Shown here in pieces: positions 19,127 through 29,204 of a DNA stretch of 64,000 nucleotides (within the stretch, counting starts at the first letter, position 1; every line of letters begins with the position of its first letter). The stretch comes from a bacterium HR21. GTDB lineage: Bacteria; Bacteroidota; Ignavibacteria; Kapaibacteriales; HRBIN21. The translations under genes and the position numbers were made by a program. Below the pieces are notes generated by a model. It ran no database searches. It saw only the letters and a program-made list of their open reading frames with translations, and had not been told where the DNA came from. The DNA is taken from assembly GCA_002898295.1 (NCBI GenBank), contig BEHX01000008.1:4506-68505 (forward strand), written 5' to 3'.

Positions 19127-20221
19127 TTATGCAATATCCACTTCCGGGCAGAGGTACACATCTTGGATCGCGTGCAGCAGCCGAACCCCCTCCGCCATTG
19201 GGCGTTGGAAGGCTTTCCGCCCGGAGATCAGTCCCATTCCGCCGGCACGCTTGTTGATGATCGCTGTGCGGACAGCTTCGGCAAAGTCGCTGGCACCCTT
19301 AGACTCGCCTCCGCTGTTGATAAGCCCAATGCGTCCCATATAACAGTTGGCAACCTGGTAGCGGCACAGATCTATGGGGTGGTCGCTGGTGAGCTTCTCG
19401 TAGACCAGCGGACTGGTGCGCCCGAACCGCAGGGCGAGGAATCCCCCATTCGTCTCGGGCAACTTCTGCTTGATGAGGTCTGCCTGGAGCGTTGCCCCTA
19501 GATGATTCGCCTGCCCCGTTAGATCTGCAGCAACGTGGTAGTCCTTGTCCGCTTTGAAGGCGCTGTTGCGCAGGTAGCACCACAGCACGGTTGCCAGTCC
19601 CAGCTCATGCGCATAGGCGAAAGCTTCGGCAATCTCCCGAATCTGCCGACTGCTTTCGGCAGAGCCGAAGTAGATCGTCGCCCCAATTGCTGCCGCCCCC
19701 ATGTCATACGCTTGCCGAACAGTTCCGAAGAGCACCTGATCGTACTTATTCGGGTAGGTCAGCAGCTCGTTGTGGTTGATCTTGACAATGAAGGGGATTT
19801 TATGTGCGTACTTGCGCGCCACACTGCCCAAGACACCGAAGGTCGAAGCCACAGCATTACAGCCGCCCTCGAGTGCCAGGCGCACAATGTTTTCGGGGTC
19901 GAAGTAGATGGGGTTCGGCGCAAAGCTCGCGCCCGCCGAATGCTCTACACCTTGATCCACCGGGAGGATGGAGAGATAGCCCGTCCCCGCAAGCCGACCG
20001 GTGTTGAAGATCCATTGCAGATTGCGCAGTACGCGGGGATTCCGGTCCGAGGGGACAAAAACCCGATCCACGAAATCCGGACCGGGAAGCTGGAGATGTT
20101 CCTTCGGAATTGTGGTGCAGCGATGTTCCAGCAGATAGCGCGCTTGCTCCTCCCCGAGCAGCTCTACAATGCGGTCAAGCGTCACTGCGGATGGGGCACT
20201 TTGGACGGTCACCACCTCCAT
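19127..20221 (-). CDS. fbaB: Class I fructose-bisphosphate aldolase (DhnA/FbaB)
   Basis: [42 protein letters not shown]; GGAGG SD before ATG 20221. Confidence 0.95.
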   Translation of the reverse strand: MEVVTVQSAPSAVTLDRIVELLGEEQARYLLEHRCTTIPKEHLQLPGPDFVDRVFVPSDRNPRVLRNLQWIFNTGRLAGTGYLSILPVDQGVEHSAGASFAPNPIYFDPENIVRLALEGGCNAVASTFGVLGSVARKYAHKIPFIVKINHNELLTYPNKYDQVLFGTVRQAYDMGAAAIGATIYFGSAESSRQIREIAEAFAYAHELGLATVLWCYLRNSAFKADKDYHVAADLTGQANHLGATLQADLIKQKLPETNGGFLALRFGRTSPLVYEKLTSDHPIDLCRYQVANCYMGRIGLINSGGESKGASDFAEAVRTAIINKRAGGMGLISGRKAFQRPMAEGVRLLHAIQDVYLCPEVDIA

Positions 20222-20247
20222 CGCCCTCCGGTCCCATAAGACGCCTG

Positions 20248-20255
20248 CAAAACTA
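20248..20255 (-). promoter_or_regulatory. TAnnTTTG promoter element TAGTTTTG
   Basis: Consensus match upstream of fbaB. Confidence 0.5.
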
Positions 20256-20277
20256 CGAAGTACCTTTGAGATCCTCT

Positions 20278-21033
20278 TCAGGCAAAGCTCCGGTAGGCGT
20301 GCTGGGTGCCCGCACGCAGACCGCGAAGCAGGAAGACGAACCCGACGGTGCTCATCCCCACCGCCATGACCGCGGAAATTCCCAGCACAGTCCCCAGGCT
20401 GTGGAAAGAGAGCGCTGCAAGCGGTATTCCGAAAATTCCCAGCAGGCCAATCACCAACAGTATTGGAGAGAGAATACCACTGATGACAAGCCCGCTCCCG
20501 ATAGCATATCCCCACAGAGCCGTCAAGAGTTCCCAGGAAGTCCCCTGCTGCGTTGCTCCAATGATCGTCATAAGCCACGCTCCAGCGCTGAGCAGTCCCC
20601 AGATAATCCCAATCCGCGAACCGAGCCGGAGTTTCCCCCTTTCGAATCTCCCTTGGTGAACGGCGAGACTATAGACAAGTGCCATTGCTATCCCAATCCC
20701 GGCAAACAGCATCCCCCAGGTTACGAGCGGATCTTTTACCCACACGCGGAGAAGCCCAACCAGCATCCCTATACCCAGCCACACCAGCACTGTCACGAAA
20801 AGCCTGAGATGGAGGAAGGTTGCAACAGCGAACGGCACCAGCAATGTCTCCGCCCACCACCCGCGCCCAAACACGAGCTCAGAACCCAGATTGAGGAGCC
20901 AGTAAAGCCCAAAGCTCAGCAGATACGGCGCCAATTCTTGTAGTTCCTGCCGTCCCTTTGCCAGGAGCAAATGGAGAACGTCAAGGGTTTCGAGCACCTC
21001 TCGAAGCTGCTCTTGGCTGACTTCCCGCTGCAT
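20278..21033 (-). CDS. Hypothetical polytopic membrane protein
   Basis: About 7-8 hydrophobic helices; directly downstream of wHTH regulator. Confidence 0.7.
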   Translation of the reverse strand: MQREVSQEQLREVLETLDVLHLLLAKGRQELQELAPYLLSFGLYWLLNLGSELVFGRGWWAETLLVPFAVATFLHLRLFVTVLVWLGIGMLVGLLRVWVKDPLVTWGMLFAGIGIAMALVYSLAVHQGRFERGKLRLGSRIGIIWGLLSAGAWLMTIIGATQQGTSWELLTALWGYAIGSGLVISGILSPILLVIGLLGIFGIPLAALSFHSLGTVLGISAVMAVGMSTVGFVFLLRGLRAGTQHAYRSFA

Positions 21034-21061
21034 GATGAATGAGCTGCTGAAAGTTGGACAT

Positions 21062-21358
21062 TTACTCCAGAAACGAGCCGAGCAATGTCCGCAGAGAGCG
21101 AATGTAGGCAGCAAACCGCTGCTCCCCTTCCGGAGTCAGCCGGTACGTGGTCCGGGGACGCCGCCTGAGAAACGTCTTCTGCACCTCGATGCCCCCTCCT
21201 TCCTCCAGCGCCCGAAGGTGCTGCGCGAGGTTTCCATCTGTTACCCCGAGCAGACGTTTGAGGCTCTGGAAGTCCAATTCACCGTGCTGCACCAAGAGCA
21301 CCAGAATCCCGAGCCGCACTCTCTCGTGGAGCAAGGGATCAAGATCCCCGACCACCAT
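21062..21358 (-). CDS. Winged-HTH transcriptional regulator (ArsR/MarR-like, HTH_34 type)
   Basis: LDPLLHERVRLGIL...DFQSLK...TDGNLAQHLRALEEGG...PRTTYRLTPEG. Confidence 0.88.
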   Translation of the reverse strand: MVVGDLDPLLHERVRLGILVLLVQHGELDFQSLKRLLGVTDGNLAQHLRALEEGGGIEVQKTFLRRRPRTTYRLTPEGEQRFAAYIRSLRTLLGSFLE

Positions 21359-22052
21359 GCTGCCCGTCCCTTGCGTAGATTCTCTCCCACGGAGTACCCC
21401 CGCCCAGGGTAAAGCGCACCGATATCCCTTGTAGCTTCAGTTGCGGGGCATCCGCAAGGGCTTGATCCTCAAGCGCTAAACCACCCCAGCCCAATGGCTG
21501 CAGATACCCAACCCGAACCCCAAGGAACCAGCCATGACCGAGCCATGCATCAATTCCGAGACTTACCTGCGCAAGCCAGCCTCCCGTTGTCAACGTCGTG
21601 CTTCCTGTCGGCTCTTGCAGGAGACTCCCAAAGGAGAGCTCCCGCGGTTGCCAGAGCCGGATTACAAGACCTCCCCCACCAATAGCCCCGAGAAGGAGCA
21701 CCCGTGCATGCTTCCATACCGGGACTCCGTACCCAACAGTAGCCATGCCCCAGCTGCCACCGAACCGCACGTGCCCCCGACTCCCCATCGCTGTTTGCTC
21801 CAGAAGCCAATAGCCTTCGCCGCCCACCAGGACACGCCCAATCCAGCCAGCTCCACCACCGCCGATGCTCCACATCTGCGGGCGCAGCTCACCATACCCT
21901 GCCTCACGCAGCTGCTGCCGAAAGCGTTCCCCAACCACTTGCTGCACCCCAATAGCACAATACCCCATCCCCCCGTGTCCACTCTGCGCCACCAACTCTC
22001 CAATGCCCGCAAGAGAGAAACTCAGCAGTAGCGTTACCACGCTCCTCCGCAT
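21339..22052 (-). CDS. Hypothetical secreted outer-membrane beta-barrel protein
   Basis: Signal peptide, Gly/aromatic-rich amphipathic strands (GGGGAGW, GVRVGY). Confidence 0.65.
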   Translation of the reverse strand: MRRSVVTLLLSFSLAGIGELVAQSGHGGMGYCAIGVQQVVGERFRQQLREAGYGELRPQMWSIGGGGAGWIGRVLVGGEGYWLLEQTAMGSRGHVRFGGSWGMATVGYGVPVWKHARVLLLGAIGGGGLVIRLWQPRELSFGSLLQEPTGSTTLTTGGWLAQVSLGIDAWLGHGWFLGVRVGYLQPLGWGGLALEDQALADAPQLKLQGISVRFTLGGGTPWERIYARDGQHGGRGS

Positions 22053-22101
22053 CGCCTCGCCTCGCCTCATAATGTGGGACATGCATCACCGACACCGACG
22101 A

Positions 22102-22109
22102 CAAACTTA
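22102..22109 (-). promoter_or_regulatory. TAnnTTTG promoter element TAAGTTTG
   Basis: Consensus match upstream of OMP-wHTH-membrane unit. Confidence 0.5.
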
Positions 22110-22177
22110 CTGCAGAGCAAAGTACTTTTCACCACAAAGTCTCTTGCGCTCCTCCTTCGTTTGGGGGAAGTGCGATT

Positions 22178-23566
22178 TCAGACCAGCTGCGGTTGCGACC
22201 GAACCCCCAGCAGAGAGTGCAGCTTAGAGATAGAGCCGGCACCCAGTGTCAGCAGCATATCGCCGGGCTGGAGGAGGGAAGACACCACCGAGGCTGCCTC
22301 TTCCAGGGTCGGGGCATAGTACACGGCACGATGCCCACTGCGCCGAGCAGCCTGGGCAATCAGCTCGCCGGTGACCCCAGGGATCGGCTCCTCCCGAGCA
22401 GGATAGACATCGGTGACGACGAGGATATCGGCTTCCTCGAAAGCTTTCCCGAATTCCGGGGCGAAGTCACGGGTACGCGTGTACGTGTGGGGTTGGAAAA
22501 CACAGACCAGGCGGCGGTCCCATCCCTGGCGGGCTGCCTGCAGCGTTGCCCGGACCTCCGTAGGATGGTGAGCATAGTCATCCACGAAGAGCACCCCCGC
22601 ATGCTCACCGATAATCTCGAAGCGGCGGTAGACGCCGGTGAATTCCTCGAGGGCTTCCCGGACAGTCTCAAACGGGATGCCGAGCTCGCGCCCGACCACA
22701 ACAGCTGCCAGAGCATTGCGGACGTTATGGACACCGGGGACTCGGAGGGCAATCTCGCCGAGGAATTCCCCGTCGGCAAAGACCTCAAAGCGCGCAGAGC
22801 GCTCCGCAAGTCGGACCCGGCGCGCACGGACATCGCTCTGCGGAGAAAGCCCATAGGTTCGAACCTTGCGGCTCAGACGTGGCAAGAGCTCTTTGACCCC
22901 GTCATCATCGACGCAGACAACCACCAGACCATAGAAAGGGACGCTGTTGGCAAAGCGCGTGAACGCCTCCAGAATATCCTGCCGATCTGCGTAAACGTCC
23001 AGATGCTCCTCTTCAATGTTGGTGACCACGGCAATGGTCGGCAGCAACGAGAGGAAGGAACGGTCGTACTCATCGGCTTCGACCACAATCCATTCGCCGC
23101 GTCCCAGGCGGGCGTTGCTCCCACCCAACCCACGCAACCGCCCCCCGACGATGACTGTCGGGTCCAATCCACCCCGAATGAGCACCAGCCCGCATAGTGA
23201 AGTCGTCGTCGTCTTCCCATGAGTCCCGGCAATTGCCAGGCAGTATTTCAGGCGTGCAACCTCTGCCAGCATTTCTGCCCGCCGCAGGAGCGGAATACCG
23301 CGCTCACTGGCTGCCTGTGTCTCAGGATTTGTCCGAGGGTCCACTGCACTGGAGTAGACAACAACGTCGGCGCCTTCGATGTGTGCAGCGTCATGTCCGT
23401 AGTAGATGACCGCCCCTTTGCGCTTCAAGGACTCCGTGTTGTCCGACTCCAGGAGATCAGAGCCACTGATGCGGAACCCTTGCTGGAGGAGGATTTCCGC
23501 CAACCCACTCATTCCAATTCCCCCAATACCAACGAAGTGAATGTGGCGCACTGCGGAGAAAAACAT
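22178..23566 (-). CDS. murC: UDP-N-acetylmuramate--L-alanine ligase
   Basis: HFVGIGGIGMSGLA, AGTHGKTTTT, EADEYDRSF, DDYAHHPTE, FQPHTYTRT. Confidence 0.97.
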   Translation of the reverse strand: MFFSAVRHIHFVGIGGIGMSGLAEILLQQGFRISGSDLLESDNTESLKRKGAVIYYGHDAAHIEGADVVVYSSAVDPRTNPETQAASERGIPLLRRAEMLAEVARLKYCLAIAGTHGKTTTTSLCGLVLIRGGLDPTVIVGGRLRGLGGSNARLGRGEWIVVEADEYDRSFLSLLPTIAVVTNIEEEHLDVYADRQDILEAFTRFANSVPFYGLVVVCVDDDGVKELLPRLSRKVRTYGLSPQSDVRARRVRLAERSARFEVFADGEFLGEIALRVPGVHNVRNALAAVVVGRELGIPFETVREALEEFTGVYRRFEIIGEHAGVLFVDDYAHHPTEVRATLQAARQGWDRRLVCVFQPHTYTRTRDFAPEFGKAFEEADILVVTDVYPAREEPIPGVTGELIAQAARRSGHRAVYYAPTLEEAASVVSSLLQPGDMLLTLGAGSISKLHSLLGVRSQPQLV

Positions 23567-23590
23567 TGCATCCTCATGCTCTGTGCCTTA

Positions 23591-23672
23591 CAAAAATACA
23601 CTGCCCTCGGTGCCGGTTCGCCAGCGGAGGTCTGCTCCCAGCTGCCGGAATAGCGCAGGGGGCGTATATTTG
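23591..23672. promoter_or_regulatory. Divergent TAnnTTTG pair: TATTTTTG (-, 23591-23598) and TATATTTG (+, 23665-23672)
   Basis: One box oriented toward each flanking divergent gene. Confidence 0.55.
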
Positions 23673-23681
23673 CGTCGATCC

Positions 23682-26600
23682 ATGTACATTCTCTCTGGGG
23701 GTCTTCTAATGCGCTGGGGTTCTGTAGTGATAGGGTTCCTTGCTGCTCTTACCGTCCAGGGGCAGAGCGCCAAAGTACCTCCGGCGGAGTGGATTCTGAA
23801 CAACTCTGCGCAGGGGCGGGAATTCTGGATTGCCATCCCGCCCAATGAGGTAGATGGCTATCCAGGGCAGCTATTGGAAATTTACGTGACCTCTAGCTAC
23901 AACACAGAAGTCACACTCTACAGTGCGCTGGACGGACGCGTTATTCGGAAGCCTGTTCGGGCAATGGATATTACGACCTTTTCCCTCCTCAATGGGGAGC
24001 TGTTCTGGTCGGACGAGATTCGGGAAAGCGAGACTGTCACGCAGAAAGGCATTCGTCTCAGCGCGCCACAGCCTATCTCGGTCTATGTGCTCAACGGCAA
24101 GCAGTACACCTCAGACGGCTACTTAGCATTGCCGGTCAACGTTTGGGGTACGGAGTACATGCACCTGTCGTACTATGACTACGAGGACTTCGGGCAACAG
24201 CGCGGGAACGGCTTTGTCATCGTCGCTGCCGAGGACCAGACGCTGGTCACTATCCAGCTCTATGGTCGAGGCTATGGACGGACTGTCGGTGGACGCCGCA
24301 TCGGGGACCGCATCACCGTGCTCCTCAACCGAGGACAGACCTACATGGTCCGGGGCGACGGGGCCCCACCGGCAGGACAGAACGATTTCAGCGGCACCCG
24401 CATCAGCAGTAACAAGCCCATCGGGCTGATTTCCTTCCACATGCGCACGATGATCCCCATGATGCCGCAGGTCGGTCCCATCAGCCGGGATTTCCTCGTC
24501 GAAATGCTCCCGCCTATCTCGGCATGGGGCAAGCGGTACGTCACCATTGAGTACCAGCGCAAAGCTCGCAAGGGGGATTTCTTCCGCGTTCTCGCCGCGC
24601 AGCCGAACACCCGCTTCACGGTGCGCTGGTATCGCAATGGAGAGTTGCGCGGTAGCATGTCCGGAATGCTCCAGTATGCAGGCGACTTCTGGGAGTACAA
24701 CAAGAGCACCGTGCCTGATGATTCCTCCATCTACGGGCAATCCATCTGGGAGGCAGACAAACCCGTACTGCTCATGCAGTATTCCTACTCTGCCTTCTGG
24801 GACAACGACCCGAACTTCGACCCCTTCATGATTGTTGTCACCCCGGTGGAGCAATACATCCGCTCGACCGTCTTCCAAACCCCTGCGAACAAAGCCTTTG
24901 CAACGAATTACTTCAACCTCATCGCCATTGGGGACACAGCTGACCCAACGCAGGCAAAGCTCAAAAGCATCACTGTCGATGGGCGCCATGTCTACCGAAC
25001 CAACCCAGAGTTCCTCGGGCAACGGATTCCGGGCACTAACCTCTACTGGGTTGTCCTCCGCATGCAGCCGGGTCCCCATCGCATCATCGGAGAGACTCCC
25101 TTCGGGGGCTACATCTACGGCTTCAGCCAGTACGATAGCTACGGCTGGCCGGCAGCGATGGCAATCAATAAAATCGATGAGCTCGACACGCTCCCACCGG
25201 AACTCCACAAGCAAGTCAGCTGCGGCGATTGGGAAATTCTCGCCACGGAAATCCGCAATGGAAAGGAAGGCGATAACCCTCGCCAGATCGACCAAGGCAT
25301 TGCCCAGATTGAGCTCCTGGAAGGGAGCTACAACTACCGTCTGCGCCTCGTGACGGCAGAAGAGCTGAAGCCCTATCCGAAGGTGGAGCGCTTCGTCTTC
25401 CGCGTCGAGGTCATTGACAAGCGCTACTCTGCCTTTGCTCGTATTGGGGTGCTCGACCGTGCCGGCAATCTCGCCATTGATTCGGTCTGGTACATTGCCG
25501 ACAGCCTCATCACCCAGCCTGAGGAGCCCATCGATGCCGGCGCTGTACGTCTGGGGCAGACGCAGGTGGTCTCTGTCAGCATTATCAACGCTCGGGATAG
25601 CGTGACCGTACTCAAAGAGGCACGCCTACTCAAGGGAAGTGCCTTCCAGATTGTCGCCGGTGCTATCCCGCCAGAACGTCGGCTTGCCGGTGGGGAATCC
25701 CACCAGTTCCAGATTCAGTACCGTCCAACGCAGGAACATCCGCCCGGCGTGTACGACTGGGATACCCTCCTGGTCCGGACCGAGTGTGCGGAGTTCCGCT
25801 GGGCACTCCGTGGACGGGGCGTGCAGCCCCATATCTGGGTTGAAGACTGGGATGCCGGCACCATTCCCGTCAACACCACCGTGTGTGCCGGAGCCGGGCT
25901 CCTCATCCGCAATCCCGGCACGGACACGCTCCACATCAGCGACATTCAGAACGTGCAGCCACCCTTTACGCTGAACACTGTAGACCCACCACTGCCGATC
26001 ACCATCCCTCCGGGACAGGAAATTCGGCTCCGCTTGCCATGCTACCAACCCACCGCCATTGGGACTCATACGGCGGATGTCCTCTTCGTATGCAATGCGC
26101 CGCCGGGGGACAAAAACATCTCGCACTGGCGTGGACGCGCTGTGCAAGCAGGTCCATACATCACCTCGTACGACTGGGGTGAGCGGCGCGTGGGAACTGT
26201 GCAGGAAGCCACGCTCTTCGTGCGCAACTCGGGTTCTAGCCCAGCCTACCTGACCGATGTCCGGCTCCGTGGGCTTGCGCCGGCAGGAACGTTCACGCTC
26301 CTTGCCATCGAGCCCCAGCCCTCGCCGGGGAATCCCGTGGAAGTGCTCCCGAACGAGCAATCGGAGGTGCGCATCCGGGTCCGCTACACCCCACAGGCTG
26401 AAGGGCTTCACCTGGACAGCGTGGACGCCTTCTTCACGAATGCCGAGCCCGTCACAGGCTTCGTGCGCGGGATTGGGATCCTGCCCAAGCTCGAAGCACA
26501 AGGACACACGTTCGAGTGCATCCTGCTGGGGGAATCTGCCGAAGAGCCGACCGCTCTGCTGCTCCGGAATCCCAGCACGACGGCAGAGCTGACCATCAGC

Positions 26601-27872
26601 GCCATCCGCTGGGCAGCCGGTAGTGATCCCGATTTCGCGTGGACGCAGCCTCTGCCTGCTTTTCCCTACCGCCTGGCGCGCAACGGCGGCGAACTCCGGT
26701 TGGGAATCCGCTTTACCCCTCAAGCGGTTGGAACCCGACGTGCAGTTGTAGAAATCCACGCCGATGCTGCTCCAGCACCGGATTCGCTGACGGTTACCCG
26801 CGTGGAAATTCTCGGCAGTGGCTGCATCAACACTATCGCCGCAGAGGGGCTGGACTTCGGGCGAGTCTTAACATGCGATGAGCCCGAGGGAACGTTCCCC
26901 GTCATCAACCCGAACCCTGCTGGAGATATCCTCATCGACGGGCTCGACCTGGTTGCAGGTGATATCACAGCCTTCGAGCTGCTGGAGCCCACCGTCTTCC
27001 CCGTGCGCATTCCCGCCGGGGACACGCTCTGGGTGCGCGTTCGCTTCCGCCCAACAGCTCCACGCCCATACCAGGCAACGGTTGCCATCCGCAACACGAT
27101 TGACCCGAACCTCACCGTGATCCTCCGCGGCGAGGGGTACCGGGTAGCAACAGCCTATGCCTTGACTCCGGCTCAGATTGTCACCGCACCCGGCGACCAG
27201 CTCGGTCTTGCCCTCGTCGGGCAGAGTGGCAGCTGGGCTGCCGCGGCAGTGCGCTCCTTCGTCGCAGAGGTCCGCTACAACAGCACGCTCCTGCAGTACA
27301 TTCCGGGAAGTCTCGAACGCGGCACCGTTCTCGACGCTACGTGGCAGCTCCAAGCGCAGGAAATTCCGGAAACCGGGAACATGGCGCGGCTGGTGCTCTC
27401 TGCTGCCGGACAGACCCCTATTGCCGGCGATGGCGAGCTCCTTCGGTTCCGCTTCCAAACCTACCTGGGCGAGGCTCTCCGCATTGAGCCGCAGCTGCAG
27501 TTGCGGCTCCCTGAGCGGGAAGCCTGCGTTGAGGTCACGACTCGTCCGAACCGGATTGAGCTCGCTGGCTGCTTCGTCAACGGGCGGCTCATCCGCCTCT
27601 CTCCTGAGGGCTACATGCTGCGTCCGATCCAACCGAATCCGGTTTCCGATGGGGTGCTCTCGGTCGAGTACAGCCTCGGCTTCGAAGCGCCAACCCGGCT
27701 GGAAGTCCTCAATAGCATGGGCGAATGTGTCTTGACGCTCGTAGAAGGGATTCTCCCTGCCGGAGGCTACCGGCAGGAGGTCGATATCCGTACCCTGCCA
27801 GCGGGTGCTTACTGGATCCGGCTCCTCTCCGGTCCCTTTGCAGCCGTTGAGCGCTTCGTTATCACCCGGTAA
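23682..27872 (+). CDS. Large T9SS-type cargo protein: IgGFc-binding-like N-domain, Ig-like (choice-of-anchor D/ASH) repeats, cohesin-like module, T9SS CTD
   Basis: GREFWIA, TSDGYLALPVNVWGTEY, GTRISSNKPI (IgGFc-binding family); repeated xxNxG..L.I Ig units; C-terminal IQPNPVS...LEVLNSMGE...LPAGAYWIRL. Confidence 0.82.
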   Translation: MYILSGGLLMRWGSVVIGFLAALTVQGQSAKVPPAEWILNNSAQGREFWIAIPPNEVDGYPGQLLEIYVTSSYNTEVTLYSALDGRVIRKPVRAMDITTFSLLNGELFWSDEIRESETVTQKGIRLSAPQPISVYVLNGKQYTSDGYLALPVNVWGTEYMHLSYYDYEDFGQQRGNGFVIVAAEDQTLVTIQLYGRGYGRTVGGRRIGDRITVLLNRGQTYMVRGDGAPPAGQNDFSGTRISSNKPIGLISFHMRTMIPMMPQVGPISRDFLVEMLPPISAWGKRYVTIEYQRKARKGDFFRVLAAQPNTRFTVRWYRNGELRGSMSGMLQYAGDFWEYNKSTVPDDSSIYGQSIWEADKPVLLMQYSYSAFWDNDPNFDPFMIVVTPVEQYIRSTVFQTPANKAFATNYFNLIAIGDTADPTQAKLKSITVDGRHVYRTNPEFLGQRIPGTNLYWVVLRMQPGPHRIIGETPFGGYIYGFSQYDSYGWPAAMAINKIDELDTLPPELHKQVSCGDWEILATEIRNGKEGDNPRQIDQGIAQIELLEGSYNYRLRLVTAEELKPYPKVERFVFRVEVIDKRYSAFARIGVLDRAGNLAIDSVWYIADSLITQPEEPIDAGAVRLGQTQVVSVSIINARDSVTVLKEARLLKGSAFQIVAGAIPPERRLAGGESHQFQIQYRPTQEHPPGVYDWDTLLVRTECAEFRWALRGRGVQPHIWVEDWDAGTIPVNTTVCAGAGLLIRNPGTDTLHISDIQNVQPPFTLNTVDPPLPITIPPGQEIRLRLPCYQPTAIGTHTADVLFVCNAPPGDKNISHWRGRAVQAGPYITSYDWGERRVGTVQEATLFVRNSGSSPAYLTDVRLRGLAPAGTFTLLAIEPQPSPGNPVEVLPNEQSEVRIRVRYTPQAEGLHLDSVDAFFTNAEPVTGFVRGIGILPKLEAQGHTFECILLGESAEEPTALLLRNPSTTAELTISAIRWAAGSDPDFAWTQPLPAFPYRLARNGGELRLGIRFTPQAVGTRRAVVEIHADAAPAPDSLTVTRVEILGSGCINTIAAEGLDFGRVLTCDEPEGTFPVINPNPAGDILIDGLDLVAGDITAFELLEPTVFPVRIPAGDTLWVRVRFRPTAPRPYQATVAIRNTIDPNLTVILRGEGYRVATAYALTPAQIVTAPGDQLGLALVGQSGSWAAAAVRSFVAEVRYNSTLLQYIPGSLERGTVLDATWQLQAQEIPETGNMARLVLSAAGQTPIAGDGELLRFRFQTYLGEALRIEPQLQLRLPEREACVEVTTRPNRIELAGCFVNGRLIRLSPEGYMLRPIQPNPVSDGVLSVEYSLGFEAPTRLEVLNSMGECVLTLVEGILPAGGYRQEVDIRTLPAGAYWIRLLSGPFAAVERFVITR

Positions 27873-27892
27873 AGCCAGAGGAAAGACCGGGC

Positions 27893-27926
27893 AAAAAGGA
27901 ACGGGCGGCTCTGATGCCGCCCGTTC
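27893..27926 (-). terminator. Intrinsic terminator of the tRNA pair (possibly bidirectional)
   Basis: GAACGGGCGGC-tctgat-GCCGCCCGTTC stem with AAAAA at 27893-27897 (U-tract on minus strand). Confidence 0.75.
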
Positions 27927-27935
27927 TCGCGCCTG

Positions 27936-28007
27936 TGACCCCGGCTGGGATCGAACCAGCGACCCACGGCTTAAAAGGCCGTTGCTCTACCACTGAGCTA
28001 CGGGGTC
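27936..28007 (-). tRNA. tRNA-Lys(TTT)
   Basis: GACCCCG...TAGCTCAGTGGTAGAGC, anticodon arm ACGGC-CTTTTAA-GCCGT, GGTTCGATCC; CCA not encoded. Confidence 0.96.
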
Positions 28008-28012
28008 GCGTG

Positions 28013-28102
28013 CGGAAAGGGTGGGATTCGAACCCACGGTGCCCCTTGTGGGAGCACACTCGCTCTCCAGGCGAGCCCGTTCGACCACTCCGGCACCTTT
28101 CC
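28013..28102 (-). tRNA. tRNA-Ser(GGA)
   Basis: GGAAAGG acceptor, anticodon arm CTCGC-CTGGAGA-GCGAG, long variable arm, GGTTCGAATCC; CCA not encoded. Confidence 0.95.
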
Positions 28103-28203
28103 GTCCGGGGTGCGAAATTACTGAAAACCGCACGCCTTGCATGCTGTCCTACGCCGAGTACAGGCTGTTCGTCTCTTGCATCGCAACAGGCGCAGAGCCC
28201 TGG

Positions 28204-29202
28204 ATGGCAGCCCTCTGGCGCTGGATCTTACTCGGGGTAGGTGCTCTCGGGCTCCTGCTTGGCGGAGCCATACTGTATCTCGGGCAGCAGCTGGAGGAAC
28301 CCGCCCAGTGTTGGATACCTCCGGGGAGTCGTGCACGGGCAGCTTTCGAACAGGTCGCCCGATGCTGCCGCCTGCGATTCCCAGAGCTCTTCGTGATGTT
28401 CGCAATGGCATACGCCCAGCTGAGCCAGAAGCCAGTCCTGGCAGGAACACACCGCTTCGATTCCACGATGTGCTACTGGGAGCTGCTCCAGGCACTCTTC
28501 TCCGGGCAGCGGCTCGCTCGGGTTCGAGTCACTATCCCCGAAGGACTTACCCTGCGACAGATTGCCTCACTCCTGCAGCGAGACGCAGGGGTAGACTCCG
28601 CCCGCTTCCTCGCTTTCGCCTTCTCCGACAGTTTTGCCTCCCGCTGGGGCATTCCCATTGCCTCGCTTGAGGGCTACCTGATGCCGAATACCTACGAACT
28701 GTTCTGGAACCACCCGGCAGAGGACGTTCTCGAACGCCTCCTGCGGGCGCAGAACCGGCTCTGGGAGGAGCGCTTTGCCGAGCGTGCTCGTCAGCGTGGA
28801 CTTTCGCGGCATGAGGTCTTGACACTCGCCTCCATCATCGAAGCCGAATCCCCCCATCCCGACGAGCGCCGCCGCATCAGTGGCGTCTTCTGGAATCGGC
28901 TCCGGCACGGTATGCCGCTCCAGGCAGATCCGACAACCGCCTACGCGCTGGGCAAACCCGGCAAGCCGCTCTCCCGCGCAGAGCTCCAGACTGCCCATCC
29001 GTATAACACGTACACCACCCCTGGACTCCCTCCTGGACCCATCAACAACCCTGGACCCGACGCCATTGAAGCAGCGCTCGAGCCAGAAGACCACGACTTC
29101 CTCTACTTCGTCCTGCGCCGCGACGGCTCCCAACGCCACATCTTCTCCCGCACCTATCGGGAACACCGCCGCGCCATCGCGGCACAACGGGCGCTTCTAT
29201 AA
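28204..29202 (+). CDS. mltG: Endolytic transglycosylase MltG
   Basis: N-terminal TM, VTIPEG, LEGYLMPNTY, LASIIEAE, LQADPT, PYNTY...GLPPGPINNPG, YFV. Confidence 0.93.
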   Translation: MAALWRWILLGVGALGLLLGGAILYLGQQLEEPAQCWIPPGSRARAAFEQVARCCRLRFPELFVMFAMAYAQLSQKPVLAGTHRFDSTMCYWELLQALFSGQRLARVRVTIPEGLTLRQIASLLQRDAGVDSARFLAFAFSDSFASRWGIPIASLEGYLMPNTYELFWNHPAEDVLERLLRAQNRLWEERFAERARQRGLSRHEVLTLASIIEAESPHPDERRRISGVFWNRLRHGMPLQADPTTAYALGKPGKPLSRAELQTAHPYNTYTTPGLPPGPINNPGPDAIEAALEPEDHDFLYFVLRRDGSQRHIFSRTYREHRRAIAAQRALL

Positions 29203-29204
29203 GC

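Noticed and set aside
19127-20578. Long N-terminal extensions in the ORF track (fbaB; also mltG from 28021, mazG from 34036, phoU from 58122, brx from 52292)
   Set aside because: Extensions overlap neighbouring genes or tRNAs; downstream ATGs match family N-termini and promoter/SD positions
18108-28120. tRNAs as integration sites for an island or prophage
   Set aside because: No integrase, no duplicated tRNA 3' end seen, and flanks are housekeeping or envelope genes
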